Shown here: positions 7,902 to 16,597 of the stretch, piece after piece
How the letters are laid out: the number at the start of each line of letters is the position of its first letter
Numbering within the stretch: the stretch's first letter is position 1
Source of the DNA: Alistipes sp.
GTDB taxonomy: Bacteria > Bacteroidota > Bacteroidia > Bacteroidales > Rikenellaceae
Length of the DNA stretch: 64,000 nucleotides
Direction of reading: 5' to 3'
Assembly: GCA_045650465.1 (NCBI GenBank)
Contig: JAZRRF010000024.1
Coordinates: 838-64,837, forward strand
The notes under the pieces: model-generated
Told to the model about the DNA's origin: nothing
The model's database searches: none
The model's input: only the letters and a program-made list of their open reading frames with translations
Program-made: the position numbers and the translations under genes

Positions 7902-8330
7902 TTACTTTTTCAACTTGCGATATAGAATGAACAACCCTACCGCTATAAGAACAGGAATAGCATAGAGAACTCCTGCCCCGATATCCATCTTCGTCTGCTG
8001 CCACTTTGTCAGCTTCTTCTCCACCTCAACAATGGTCTGTAATGTGTCTATGCGCTGGATGTTCAGCGTGTCAACACGCAGCGCCTCCTTGTACTCTGTG
8101 CGCCACTTGGTTATATATATAGTATCATGCGCCTCGCGCACGAATATAGAGTCAAGGACATATATGGAGTCACGCTGAATGTCCACCACGCGCTCGGTCT
8201 CAACGCGAATAGTCTCCACCGGCACATACTGCACCGTGCGGCATGAAAACAGCGCACAGCAGGCGGTGGTAATCACCGCCCAAAACAGTATGTGCGACAA
8301 TATCTCCGTTAAGCGAACCAGCGTTTTCAT
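7902..8330 (-). CDS. candidate unimolecular spanin (N-terminal lipoprotein-like signal plus C-terminal TM)
   Basis: 142 aa; hydrophobic N-terminus ending ALFSC; C-terminal TM GAGVLYAIPVLIAVGLFILY. Start overlaps the amidase stop. Architecture resembles T1 gp11-type u-spanins. Confidence 0.5.
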   Translation of the reverse strand: MKTLVRLTEILSHILFWAVITTACCALFSCRTVQYVPVETIRVETERVVDIQRDSIYVLDSIFVREAHDTIYITKWRTEYKEALRVDTLNIQRIDTLQTIVEVEKKLTKWQQTKMDIGAGVLYAIPVLIAVGLFILYRKLKK

Positions 8331-8923
8331 TTCATGTACTTATTAACGTACTTAACCACCGCCTCGACATGGCTCATCACAACAGCCCTCTTGCCCTCGG
8401 GTGACAGCAGATAGGCAACATCAGCCTTGTTGTCCATGAAACCGTTCTCGGTAAGTATGGCAGCGCACTTGGTCTTGGCAAGCACGCTGAACTGCGCCTC
8501 CTTGTCTGCATCGCCATCGCTGTAGTCAGTGCGTATCTTCATGCCCTTGTGATTGTCTTCGGCTGACTCGATGAACATCTGTGCCAGCTCGTCACTCCTG
8601 GTCTTGCCATTGGAAGTATACACCTCAATACCTGTGCCGGACATCCATCGGCTTCCGTCTCCTGCAGCATTCACATGGATAGACAGCAGTACCACATTTT
8701 TCGCACCATGCTTCTTGCAGTACTCATTCACTCTGCGCACTCGCTCACTTAATGGCACATCAAGAAACTCGCGCACCAACAGCTCGCACTCAATACCCAT
8801 CTTCACAAGTTCTCTCTGCGCTTCTTGTGCAACCTCCCTTGAGTATAGATATTCCCTAAACTTTCCGTCCGGACTTCTCTTTCCCGGGGTATTCTCCCCG
8901 TGTCCGTTATCCATCAGTACCAT
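8327..8923 (-). CDS. N-acetylmuramoyl-L-alanine amidase (Amidase_3-type endolysin)
   Basis: MDNGHGENTPGKRSP, LLSIHVNAAG, ILTENGFMDN motifs. ATG at 8923 is preferred over the longer ORF, which would overlap the upstream gene. Confidence 0.85.
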   Translation of the reverse strand: MVLMDNGHGENTPGKRSPDGKFREYLYSREVAQEAQRELVKMGIECELLVREFLDVPLSERVRRVNEYCKKHGAKNVVLLSIHVNAAGDGSRWMSGTGIEVYTSNGKTRSDELAQMFIESAEDNHKGMKIRTDYSDGDADKEAQFSVLAKTKCAAILTENGFMDNKADVAYLLSPEGKRAVVMSHVEAVVKYVNKYMK

Positions 8924-8939
8924 AGTCGTTTTCTTTTTT

Positions 8940-9557
8940 TTACAAATCCTTATACTCAGGTAATAGATATTGTACATTCATTGCAACATCGTGCAATACA
9001 GCACGCACCTCCTCCTTGTCAACATCAACATCGTGTGTAAACTCGCAGAATATAGACCCTACCCAATCGTGAGTATTGTCGCTCAATCTCTTTATTGCAA
9101 CTTTGCTTGTTCCACAGGCCGACAGCAAAGATTTTGCATATCTGTCTTTTACCTGCTCGTCAATGTCATCATAGTATATATAGAGATTCTTTGCCATATC
9201 CGCACAGAACGACGCACACTCGCACATCTTGAGGTTCTGCACCTTCGGCTTCATTGACTCCACGCCCTTTCGCTTTGATTCAAAATATATGCTTACCATT
9301 GACTCATTACCCAGTGGGTGCGGTTGCACAATATACACCCTGTCCGCGCGTAATTCCACCAAGGCGTGCCACAGTTCGCCGTGAACAATGGCAGAGTTGT
9401 CAGCACGTCTATTCCTCTTCTCCTCATTCCTCGCACGCAGTTGCTCAATCTTTAGGTTTGTCATCATGTCTTTGGTCTTTTGGTTGTAAGCAAACCAACC
9501 GATGACAATAGTTCCAATGGCCGATATAATTGCCGGCAAATATTCAACCCAACTCAT
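8940..9557 (-). CDS. N-terminally anchored membrane protein, unknown function
   Basis: The ORF-track start at 9566 is TTG; ATG at 9557 (MSWVEYLPAIISAIGTIVIGWFAY = TM); about 180-aa soluble domain with no motif I recognise. Confidence 0.55.
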   Translation of the reverse strand: MSWVEYLPAIISAIGTIVIGWFAYNQKTKDMMTNLKIEQLRARNEEKRNRRADNSAIVHGELWHALVELRADRVYIVQPHPLGNESMVSIYFESKRKGVESMKPKVQNLKMCECASFCADMAKNLYIYYDDIDEQVKDRYAKSLLSACGTSKVAIKRLSDNTHDWVGSIFCEFTHDVDVDKEEVRAVLHDVAMNVQYLLPEYKDL

Positions 9558-10140
9558 AGTAATCAAGCATCAAATATTCAGTTTTACAATTCTTTTTGTA
9601 CTCCGCATTATACTTCTTCGCATGCCTCTTTGGCAAAGGAATATAATTATACCACTTCTTTGTAGTTTTCGCCCAGCCCATAGTCCAATAATGCTCCTCA
9701 ATACATGCAGATACAAGCGATGTTGCTGTTGGGTAATAGTTAGTACCCTCCACCCACGCAGACAGCATTACAAAGTTCTCATCGCAATACTCTCTCTTTA
9801 GCTGTTCAACAAGAAACTCGAACTCCTCGATGTCCTGCTTGCACCAAAAGCACTTGTCAAGGTACAACTGAAAGTAAATAGGCTCTTCCTTTCTTGAGTA
9901 TAACCACATGCGTTTAAGCGTCTCAAATACATCCTCCTTATAAAGCGCAAGACCATGCGAAAATCTCCACTTGCCATTAACAAAGGCAACTTGTAAGTTA
10001 AACACTTTCACATCATCAATCAACTGCTCTTGGATGGTTCTATCTTGACATTTTGACGTGGGATTGATTACCCACGCAAGAGGGCGCAGCCACCATAGTA
10101 ATTTACCGCCAGTAGCACTATTATGTGTTCCTAAAATCAT
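9544..10140 (-). CDS. PI-PLC X-box-like (PLC-like phosphodiesterase fold) protein, catalytically divergent
   Basis: ATG at 10140 overlaps the GT2 stop (ATGA). ILGTHNSAT ... QDRTIQEQLIDDVKVFNLQV ... RFSHG aligns by eye with the B. cereus PI-PLC blocks PGTHDS / FDIRGR / HHG. The Asp/Arg positions read N/N/Q. Confidence 0.45.
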   Translation of the reverse strand: MILGTHNSATGGKLLWWLRPLAWVINPTSKCQDRTIQEQLIDDVKVFNLQVAFVNGKWRFSHGLALYKEDVFETLKRMWLYSRKEEPIYFQLYLDKCFWCKQDIEEFEFLVEQLKREYCDENFVMLSAWVEGTNYYPTATSLVSACIEEHYWTMGWAKTTKKWYNYIPLPKRHAKKYNAEYKKNCKTEYLMLDYYELG

Positions 10141-10985
10141 AACAAAATCCTCCTTGAAAATTCTAACCAATCATTCATGTATTTATTCAACTCTTCAATA
10201 TTCGGCTTACATTGTTTGATTACATTCAACTGCTGTTGTAGCATTTGTGTCATAGGCAGCTTATCAAGTATAGCCTTGTCATTTGCATTAAAGAAATCAA
10301 TCAAATCCAAAGCACACAAACCTCTATAAAGAGCGTATTTAAAAGCATTCGCTTGGTGTGTTAAACTATTTTCATTGTCTCTATAATGGTATCCTATATT
10401 ACTAACATATGCGACTTTGTTTGCATACCAAAGTATAGGAATAATAGTAGGAGTATCTTCAATAAATCTTCTTGTACAATAAGGAACTTTAATACCCAAT
10501 TCTCTCTTTATAATCTTATTGTTCATAAAGACAATTTTCTCTCCCCAGAACTTCAAGACTTTATCTTCACCCTCACATATTATATCACCATAGCAGGTTG
10601 CTTCCCAATATCCTCCTTCTTTATTGCAAGTAATTCCACCACTAACTACATCAGCACCTGTTTCTTCTGCTTTCTTTACAAGTGATTCGATAAAATCTTC
10701 ATCAAGCCAATCGTCTCCATCAACAGTAATAAAATAATCGCCAGTGCTTGCTTCTATACCATCTCTTCTGCCCCAACCTGCACCTTTATTTTCTTCATGA
10801 TAGACAATTTTAATTCTATCATCTTCCTTTGCAAGTTGTTCAATAATATCTTTAGTATTATCAGTTGAACAATCTTCAACAATAACTACCTCAATATTCT
10901 TGTAGGTTTGTGAGAGGACAGACTTAACTGCCCTCTCTATAAATTTACCTACATTATATGCTGTAATGATTATGCTTATTTTCAT
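10137..10985 (-). CDS. family 2 glycosyltransferase (GT-A fold)
   Basis: ISIIITAYNVGKFIERAVKSVLSQTYKNIEVVIVEDCSTD, then the DGDD (DxD) motif; 282 aa. Confidence 0.85.
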   Translation of the reverse strand: MKISIIITAYNVGKFIERAVKSVLSQTYKNIEVVIVEDCSTDNTKDIIEQLAKEDDRIKIVYHEENKGAGWGRRDGIEASTGDYFITVDGDDWLDEDFIESLVKKAEETGADVVSGGITCNKEGGYWEATCYGDIICEGEDKVLKFWGEKIVFMNNKIIKRELGIKVPYCTRRFIEDTPTIIPILWYANKVAYVSNIGYHYRDNENSLTHQANAFKYALYRGLCALDLIDFFNANDKAILDKLPMTQMLQQQLNVIKQCKPNIEELNKYMNDWLEFSRRILL

Positions 10986-10987
10986 AA

Positions 10988-13213
10988 TTATAATTGTGTC
11001 ATATTCGAAACTTCAACATAATTAAATTTATTACTTATTACAAAATCAACTGAGCGTATATCGGTAAAATATTTACCAGTAATAAGTAAAGCATCATCGT
11101 TCATTTCATCGTGAATGGCATGAAGACTAAATAACACTTTTGCCCAACTCGGTGAGTTAGCAGTATCTTCTAATATTTTTGCTGTTAATTTATTTTGATT
11201 ATCTAAAGTAATATTATTAAAATCTTGTTTTTGACAATAAATTTTATATGTCACTCCTTCTTTAGCCAATCCTTGAGCAATAAGTGTGGGCAAACCATAA
11301 GCCTTTACAGCATCAGTAACATCAACTTCTTGTGAACCTCCACCGCCTATCTCCTTCCAATAAGTCCAATCTTCGCCATCTGTTTTACTTCTTTGTTTAA
11401 CAGTAGTTTGATTAGTTATGGCATCAACAGCGTATTTAAGTTGAGATATAGTGCGTTTCAATCTTGGGTCTTTACCAGCAACAGCATAGTTATTGATAAC
11501 AATAAGAGTAAATGTATCAATGAATGTAGGTGCTTGGAATGATGGGTCATCAGTATAAATACCAGTATAAATACCATTATCAACCATATTATTCAAACCA
11601 GTTACACCATTAATTTGCTGTACACCACCATCGGGATTTACTTGAACAGTATCTGTAAAGATATAACCCTCTCTAACACCTTGAAGTTTTTGCCAAGGAG
11701 CCCACCAATCAGAGGCAGGAGAATTATTCTCGTTATATGTACGAACATACATATTACCATCACCACCAAGACGATTAGATAACATCAAAAATTGAGTGAT
11801 ACAAATCTCATTGTTAGCAGGTTGAAGAGTAGAAGCAACAACAAACAGTCTCGCAGCAATACTGTGACCGCTTGAAGCATTTAGGATGGGCAGATTATCA
11901 TCTTGTCTTGTTCTTTCACCGTATATATCATAAACACCAGCAGTCTTAAAGTCATTCATGTTAGAATTAGCATCCCAAGTAACTTTAGTAACATCAGAAC
12001 CAATACCATCTTTAAGATTAAGTCCTTTGGATGTTAAAGAAAATTGCTCTTCATTATATGGAATACCTACCGCAACATCGTTCCACCAAGAATCCTGTCT
12101 GATACCAGAACCAAGAACACAGGGGATAACTTTTTGATACACTCCAACAGTTCCTAAAGCAACGCTGAGCAAAGGACTTTCCCCACCTGTTGTTAAAGTC
12201 TCATTATGATGAAGTTTCAATCCGTCATCTTTGGTGTTGTGGAAATAACAACTATCAATGGAAATTCCTACTCCAGTGCCATCATTAGTAGCTATCTTCA
12301 CTAAAGGAGTGTACTTATTATTGGAAGCATATCCTAACTTTACACCTCCTAAAGTATCAACTGTTGCTTCTGGTAATTCATAGTTTGAACCACCTCCTAT
12401 ATTTTCCCATTCAGTCCAAAAACCATAAGCATCACGAGTTCTCTTTTCAATCTTAACCTCACCTGTACCAACTACAAGACTATACTTCAAATGAGAAATG
12501 TGGTGTACTCCTACTTGCTGAGCAATAGCGTAATTATTGATACAGATAATAACAAAGGTTTCTCCAGTTGTTGATAGAATACCCGAATAAATACCATTGT
12601 CTGTAAGGTCATCCATTTGTTGTTGGTTTACCAAACCGACATTCACATTCCTCTGAAGAGTACTCCACTTCTCCCAAGAAAGACTGTCAAGAGTTCTACC
12701 CTTGCCGGTACGGATATAGACCTCACCTTGCCCAAGTCTATTGCTGAAAGAAAGAACTTGAGTAATACACTTGTCATCATCCTTTCCACTGCCACCGATA
12801 GAGCTGTCAAGCACAGTCAATCTCGCATTGAAAGTATGACCACCACCGGTATTAAGGATAGGCAAGTTATCATTATCCCTTGTCCTCTCGCCCTTGATGT
12901 CATACACCCCTGCCACAACAAAGTCATTCATGTTGCTCGGGTCATTATCGTTGTTCCAGGTGATGGATTTCGCACCAACAGGTTCAAAAGCCTCCACAGC
13001 CGCCCCGGGTACATCCACACCGCCAATAGTCTTGCTCTTGAGCGATGTAATAACAAAGCTCTTCTTCTCGCTCTTCACGAATACTTGCATACCCAGTCGT
13101 GGAGACGGGATATTATAGATATCACTCACACTCTCCACAATCTCACCCACTCGCGTAGGAGTATTCGGGTCAGTAAACTGCAACGACTGACCAACTTCTA
13201 TATATTCGCTCAT
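10988..13213 (-). CDS. tail fibre / receptor-binding protein with internal domain duplication
   Basis: 741 aa. Two roughly 200-aa homologous modules (aa 84-275 and 411-626), each starting (I/V)TW..N.NMNDF..AGVYDI.GERTR.D.NLPILN and ending W.(E/K)(N/E)IGGG. An ATVDTLGGVKLG fibre-like motif lies between them. Confidence 0.6.
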   Translation of the reverse strand: MSEYIEVGQSLQFTDPNTPTRVGEIVESVSDIYNIPSPRLGMQVFVKSEKKSFVITSLKSKTIGGVDVPGAAVEAFEPVGAKSITWNNDNDPSNMNDFVVAGVYDIKGERTRDNDNLPILNTGGGHTFNARLTVLDSSIGGSGKDDDKCITQVLSFSNRLGQGEVYIRTGKGRTLDSLSWEKWSTLQRNVNVGLVNQQQMDDLTDNGIYSGILSTTGETFVIICINNYAIAQQVGVHHISHLKYSLVVGTGEVKIEKRTRDAYGFWTEWENIGGGSNYELPEATVDTLGGVKLGYASNNKYTPLVKIATNDGTGVGISIDSCYFHNTKDDGLKLHHNETLTTGGESPLLSVALGTVGVYQKVIPCVLGSGIRQDSWWNDVAVGIPYNEEQFSLTSKGLNLKDGIGSDVTKVTWDANSNMNDFKTAGVYDIYGERTRQDDNLPILNASSGHSIAARLFVVASTLQPANNEICITQFLMLSNRLGGDGNMYVRTYNENNSPASDWWAPWQKLQGVREGYIFTDTVQVNPDGGVQQINGVTGLNNMVDNGIYTGIYTDDPSFQAPTFIDTFTLIVINNYAVAGKDPRLKRTISQLKYAVDAITNQTTVKQRSKTDGEDWTYWKEIGGGGSQEVDVTDAVKAYGLPTLIAQGLAKEGVTYKIYCQKQDFNNITLDNQNKLTAKILEDTANSPSWAKVLFSLHAIHDEMNDDALLITGKYFTDIRSVDFVISNKFNYVEVSNMTQL

Positions 13214-13857
13214 TCTATATAAACCTTAAGATTACCCTTAACAACCATAAACTCACCATATATCTTGTATGCCACACCACCAAGAGTTACCTCCCGGCCA
13301 TTTGCACCCTTTATCTTCTCGCTAAATTCAATCCTTCCACCAAAGCCATTGTCCTTCTTTGCGACTGTTCCCCTGTCCTTGGGAATAAGAACAACAATCG
13401 AATTACCGGCATTGAAAGAGAAATCAATCTCGTTTATCTCCTTAATACCGTTCAGCTCTCTAATATCAGGATTCTCCAAATCCCCAATGCCGTAATAAAT
13501 CACAGCATCACTCTTCGGGATATTCTGTTCTCTCTTGAACGACACCTCATAGCCACCGCAAGAGATAGTATTTCCCTCGCCCATGCAAGGGATAGTATAT
13601 CCGGTAAAGCCACTCACCACCACACGGCGGCTGCCACCGGGGTACATCGGCTCTCTGTCCTCGAACTCCACCGCCGCCATCAAATGACCGCGCCCCAATT
13701 CATTGGCATTCACAGGAGCATAATACTCAACGTCCCCGTTTTTGTAAACCTTAATCAAGTCCTCCTTCAAGAACTTGATTGTCTTTTCCCTCTGGGTGTA
13801 GAACTCCACCGAGAGAGCATCTTTTATGCCGTCTATTTTAAGAATCAAATCAGTCAT
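13210..13857 (-). CDS. hypothetical virion protein
   Basis: 215-aa beta-rich ORF; ATG at 13857; stop overlaps the fibre start. Confidence 0.55.
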   Translation of the reverse strand: MTDLILKIDGIKDALSVEFYTQREKTIKFLKEDLIKVYKNGDVEYYAPVNANELGRGHLMAAVEFEDREPMYPGGSRRVVVSGFTGYTIPCMGEGNTISCGGYEVSFKREQNIPKSDAVIYYGIGDLENPDIRELNGIKEINEIDFSFNAGNSIVVLIPKDRGTVAKKDNGFGGRIEFSEKIKGANGREVTLGGVAYKIYGEFMVVKGNLKVYIE

Positions 13858-13863
13858 CCTTCA

Positions 13864-13893
13864 ACCTTTCACATTTCCGTTTTCACCTTTCAG
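13864..13893 (-). repeat. heptad-periodic motif array (minus strand: CTGAAAG GTGAAAA CGGAAAT GTGAAAG)
   Basis: 7-nt periodicity read directly in the 38-nt gap upstream of the ATG at 13857; related arrays at 23581-23619, 38141-38187 and 63931-63990. Confidence 0.55.
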
Positions 13894-13895
13894 TT

Positions 13896-14471
13896 TTATT
13901 GCAGCATATTTGTCGAAATGTCACTCAATCTCTGCTTTCCCTGGTCATCCCCGAACATCCCCAACACCAATGCCGCCGTCATGTAACATACCGCGGTAGC
14001 CTCTTTCGGTTCGGCATTCAATTTAACACCATTGTATTTGGCGTTATACATTATATTTAATGATATTGCGGAACCATCCACATTATCTGGCACAACCATT
14101 ATATCTCCTTCTCCCATCTCAGGATATGCAATCGGGTTATTTGGGCCAGGCTTTGTATATGGATTTTGCGACATCATATATTCCGGAGAATTAATATCCG
14201 TCAGTTTCGTCACATCTTTTTTCCAAGACTGTGAGCTTATTCGTATTAGCGAAATTAAATCCTCAAAGACGAGGTCTTCCGGGTATAACTCTGTACAATT
14301 CACCACATTCACCCTGTACCCCTTCTGCGCAAGCATAATCACCGCGTCGGGGATAGCACTCTCAATGTAGTCATCAAGCAGAACACGGTCAGTGCCAATA
14401 CTAACCGCATCATCACCGCCGTGCTCATTCAGTATAGAGCGCACCTTGTCTATAATCTCCTTGTGCGTCAT
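13896..14471 (-). CDS. hypothetical head/neck protein
   Basis: 191-aa ORF; ATG overlaps the upstream stop; lies between the capsid and fibre genes. Confidence 0.5.
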   Translation of the reverse strand: MTHKEIIDKVRSILNEHGGDDAVSIGTDRVLLDDYIESAIPDAVIMLAQKGYRVNVVNCTELYPEDLVFEDLISLIRISSQSWKKDVTKLTDINSPEYMMSQNPYTKPGPNNPIAYPEMGEGDIMVVPDNVDGSAISLNIMYNAKYNGVKLNAEPKEATAVCYMTAALVLGMFGDDQGKQRLSDISTNMLQ

Positions 14472-14854
14472 TTCCAGTTCTCGAACTTAAAACCCATCTT
14501 CCTTGCAGTCTCCAGCACCTGTGCCTTTGTCTGCAACTCTTCCATCGCAGCACCCTGCTTCAAAAGAAAATCCTTCGCCATCTGCAAGTTGTTCACAGCA
14601 TCCTCCGGCTTAGGTTCTCTCTCGGGCTCCGGATTCGTCCCAATAGTGCGGACAAGTCTAATGACGCCCTTCTTGAACTCAGGCAATCTCTCAACTATCG
14701 CCTGTTCTACTGGATTGGTTGTCGAGAATGTAGCATCTCTTCTGAGTGCGCTGTCAATAGCACCTCCCTGGAAGTGCAGTGTCACCGAACCCTTGCCAAG
14801 CGGTACAGATATGAATCTTTCAACAACACCTTTTATTGCATATTCTTTTCTCAT
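14468..14854 (-). CDS. hypothetical head-associated protein
   Basis: 128-aa ORF directly downstream of the putative capsid gene. Confidence 0.5.
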   Translation of the reverse strand: MRKEYAIKGVVERFISVPLGKGSVTLHFQGGAIDSALRRDATFSTTNPVEQAIVERLPEFKKGVIRLVRTIGTNPEPEREPKPEDAVNNLQMAKDFLLKQGAAMEELQTKAQVLETARKMGFKFENWK

Positions 14855-14871
14855 ATTGTATAGATATTATG

Positions 14872-14893
14872 CATGGGGAGGAAACTCCCCATG
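14872..14893 (-). terminator. 9-bp stem-loop directly after the capsid gene (possible attenuator)
   Basis: CATGGGGAG-gaaa-CTCCCCATG read directly; no clear U-tract. Confidence 0.35.
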
Positions 14894-14899
14894 CTTGGT

Positions 14900-16570
14900 T
14901 TAGGCAACGTAATTACCGTCAAATTCTTTCCACACTGAACCGTCAAACTGCACGATAGAGCCGGCAGCATAGGTCTTGTTGTTTGTCAAGGCCGATGCCT
15001 TTACCTCGGCTGTAAGAACAACCACCTCGTTGATAGAAGGATTTTCGGGCAGAGTGGCCTGCGATGAAATCTTTGCAACAACGCCATTTTCACCTGTTGC
15101 ACCTGCACCGTTTACCCAGATGTGTGAGTAACCCTTCAAGCAGAGACAGTCAGTAGTCATGAAGATATCGCGTTTAGCCTCCTCGCCATATACTTCCTCG
15201 CTCTTCTTCTCCTCGTCCTTAACATAGTAACGTACAAGGCCGGCCTCGTCCATCAAAGCACCACAGTCACTGTAACCAAGAGCGTCAAGCATTGGGTCGT
15301 GCAACAAGTCAATGTCACCGAATGCAGTATGCAGACGAGTTACGGCATAGCCAAATGTCTCGTTCTTTGTCTTCTCGGTTGTTATGGTTTTATGAAGAGT
15401 AAACTCAATCTTCTGGATGTCATTGAGCAACTTTCTACCGAGAACCCAAATTGCCTTCTTCGAACAATTATAGCCGGTGAACTTAACCATCGAGAGGTTC
15501 AAGATGTCAGCGAATGTAATAGCACCTGCAAGGTCATACTGGCGCTTGAACTGCCAACGGAGACCCTTTGAGAAGTAATCCCACTGATAGCCCAATGATG
15601 CATCCATAGCCTGCACCTTGAACTTACCTGGCTGACCTACCCATGCGGTACGGCAGCTCTCGAGTCGGAACTGACGAAGGATAGCCTCGTCAATCTGCGA
15701 CTGCTGGAACTTGATTTTCTTCTTCTTGTTCTTGAAGTAGTCGCTTGTAATGCTGTTGCAAAGCTGCTTCTGCAAATACACACGCTCGGGCACAGGAACA
15801 ATAGTATTCGGTGCAATAAACTTCTGTGTCTCGTATGCAGCAGACGAAAGCAGAATCACCTCGGTGTTTGCAGGGATAGTCGGCATTGTACAATAGTCAT
15901 CTGTAGGGTTGGCTTTAGGACCGTTCACAGCCATTGCAATAGGCTTTTCGTTAGATGTATTCTTACCGATGAAGAATATCATCAAGTCAGTAGCAGGAAG
16001 CTCTATCTGACCTGTCGGGTCATAACCGGGGACACCTTTACAGATGGCAGTGTAATACTCCTGGAAGATTTTGGAATCGCCTACGGTTGCAAATTCCATC
16101 TCCGCGCGTGTAGCACCTTTACCTGTATATGTCGCACTGGTGTACGCTTTGTTACGCTTCTCGTCAATCATGTAATGGTCGACTTCCTGACCGGTAACCT
16201 TCACCTGTCTCTTCACCTTGTGTTTGATGGTGTCAATCACACTCTCGTCACTCGCAATAAGCAAGAACTCATCATCCACGTCCGGCTCAAAAATGTCCGA
16301 TGCTTCGTCAACATTAGAAACTGTGGTAGCCTCGCCGTTCAACTGTGTTGCCAAGCCCTCACGACCTGGAGCCGCCTGTGGCGAGCCGGGGTTTACCACA
16401 TTAACACCAAGCTCCTCGTTTGCACCTGGAGTATTCACCGGAGCACCGGGTACAGCCATTGCCATAATCAAACCACCTGCTGCTTCGTCCACAAAAAGCA
16501 TCGCAAGTCCTACAGCCCATACCGCGCAGAATATGGGATTCTTCTTCACAAAATTCAAAAATTTCTTCAT
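14900..16570 (-). CDS. putative major capsid protein
   Basis: 556 aa, immediately downstream of an acidic helical scaffold-like gene and followed by a hairpin. Called by size and position only. The hydrophobic N-terminal segment (IFCAVWAVGLAMLF) is unusual. Confidence 0.55.
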   Translation of the reverse strand: MKKFLNFVKKNPIFCAVWAVGLAMLFVDEAAGGLIMAMAVPGAPVNTPGANEELGVNVVNPGSPQAAPGREGLATQLNGEATTVSNVDEASDIFEPDVDDEFLLIASDESVIDTIKHKVKRQVKVTGQEVDHYMIDEKRNKAYTSATYTGKGATRAEMEFATVGDSKIFQEYYTAICKGVPGYDPTGQIELPATDLMIFFIGKNTSNEKPIAMAVNGPKANPTDDYCTMPTIPANTEVILLSSAAYETQKFIAPNTIVPVPERVYLQKQLCNSITSDYFKNKKKKIKFQQSQIDEAILRQFRLESCRTAWVGQPGKFKVQAMDASLGYQWDYFSKGLRWQFKRQYDLAGAITFADILNLSMVKFTGYNCSKKAIWVLGRKLLNDIQKIEFTLHKTITTEKTKNETFGYAVTRLHTAFGDIDLLHDPMLDALGYSDCGALMDEAGLVRYYVKDEEKKSEEVYGEEAKRDIFMTTDCLCLKGYSHIWVNGAGATGENGVVAKISSQATLPENPSINEVVVLTAEVKASALTNNKTYAAGSIVQFDGSVWKEFDGNYVA

Positions 16571-16597
16571 TCTATATAAATTAAAAGGTTAAAAAAA

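Noticed and set aside
10988-13213. Diversity-generating retroelement targeting the duplicated fibre modules
   Set aside because: No reverse-transcriptase-like ORF is present in the window. The two modules differ throughout at the protein level, not at adenine-specific positions of a near-identical template/variable repeat pair.
16175-16592. Plus-strand ORFs antisense to the 5' part of the capsid gene
   Set aside because: They are shadow ORFs inside a strongly supported minus-strand gene.
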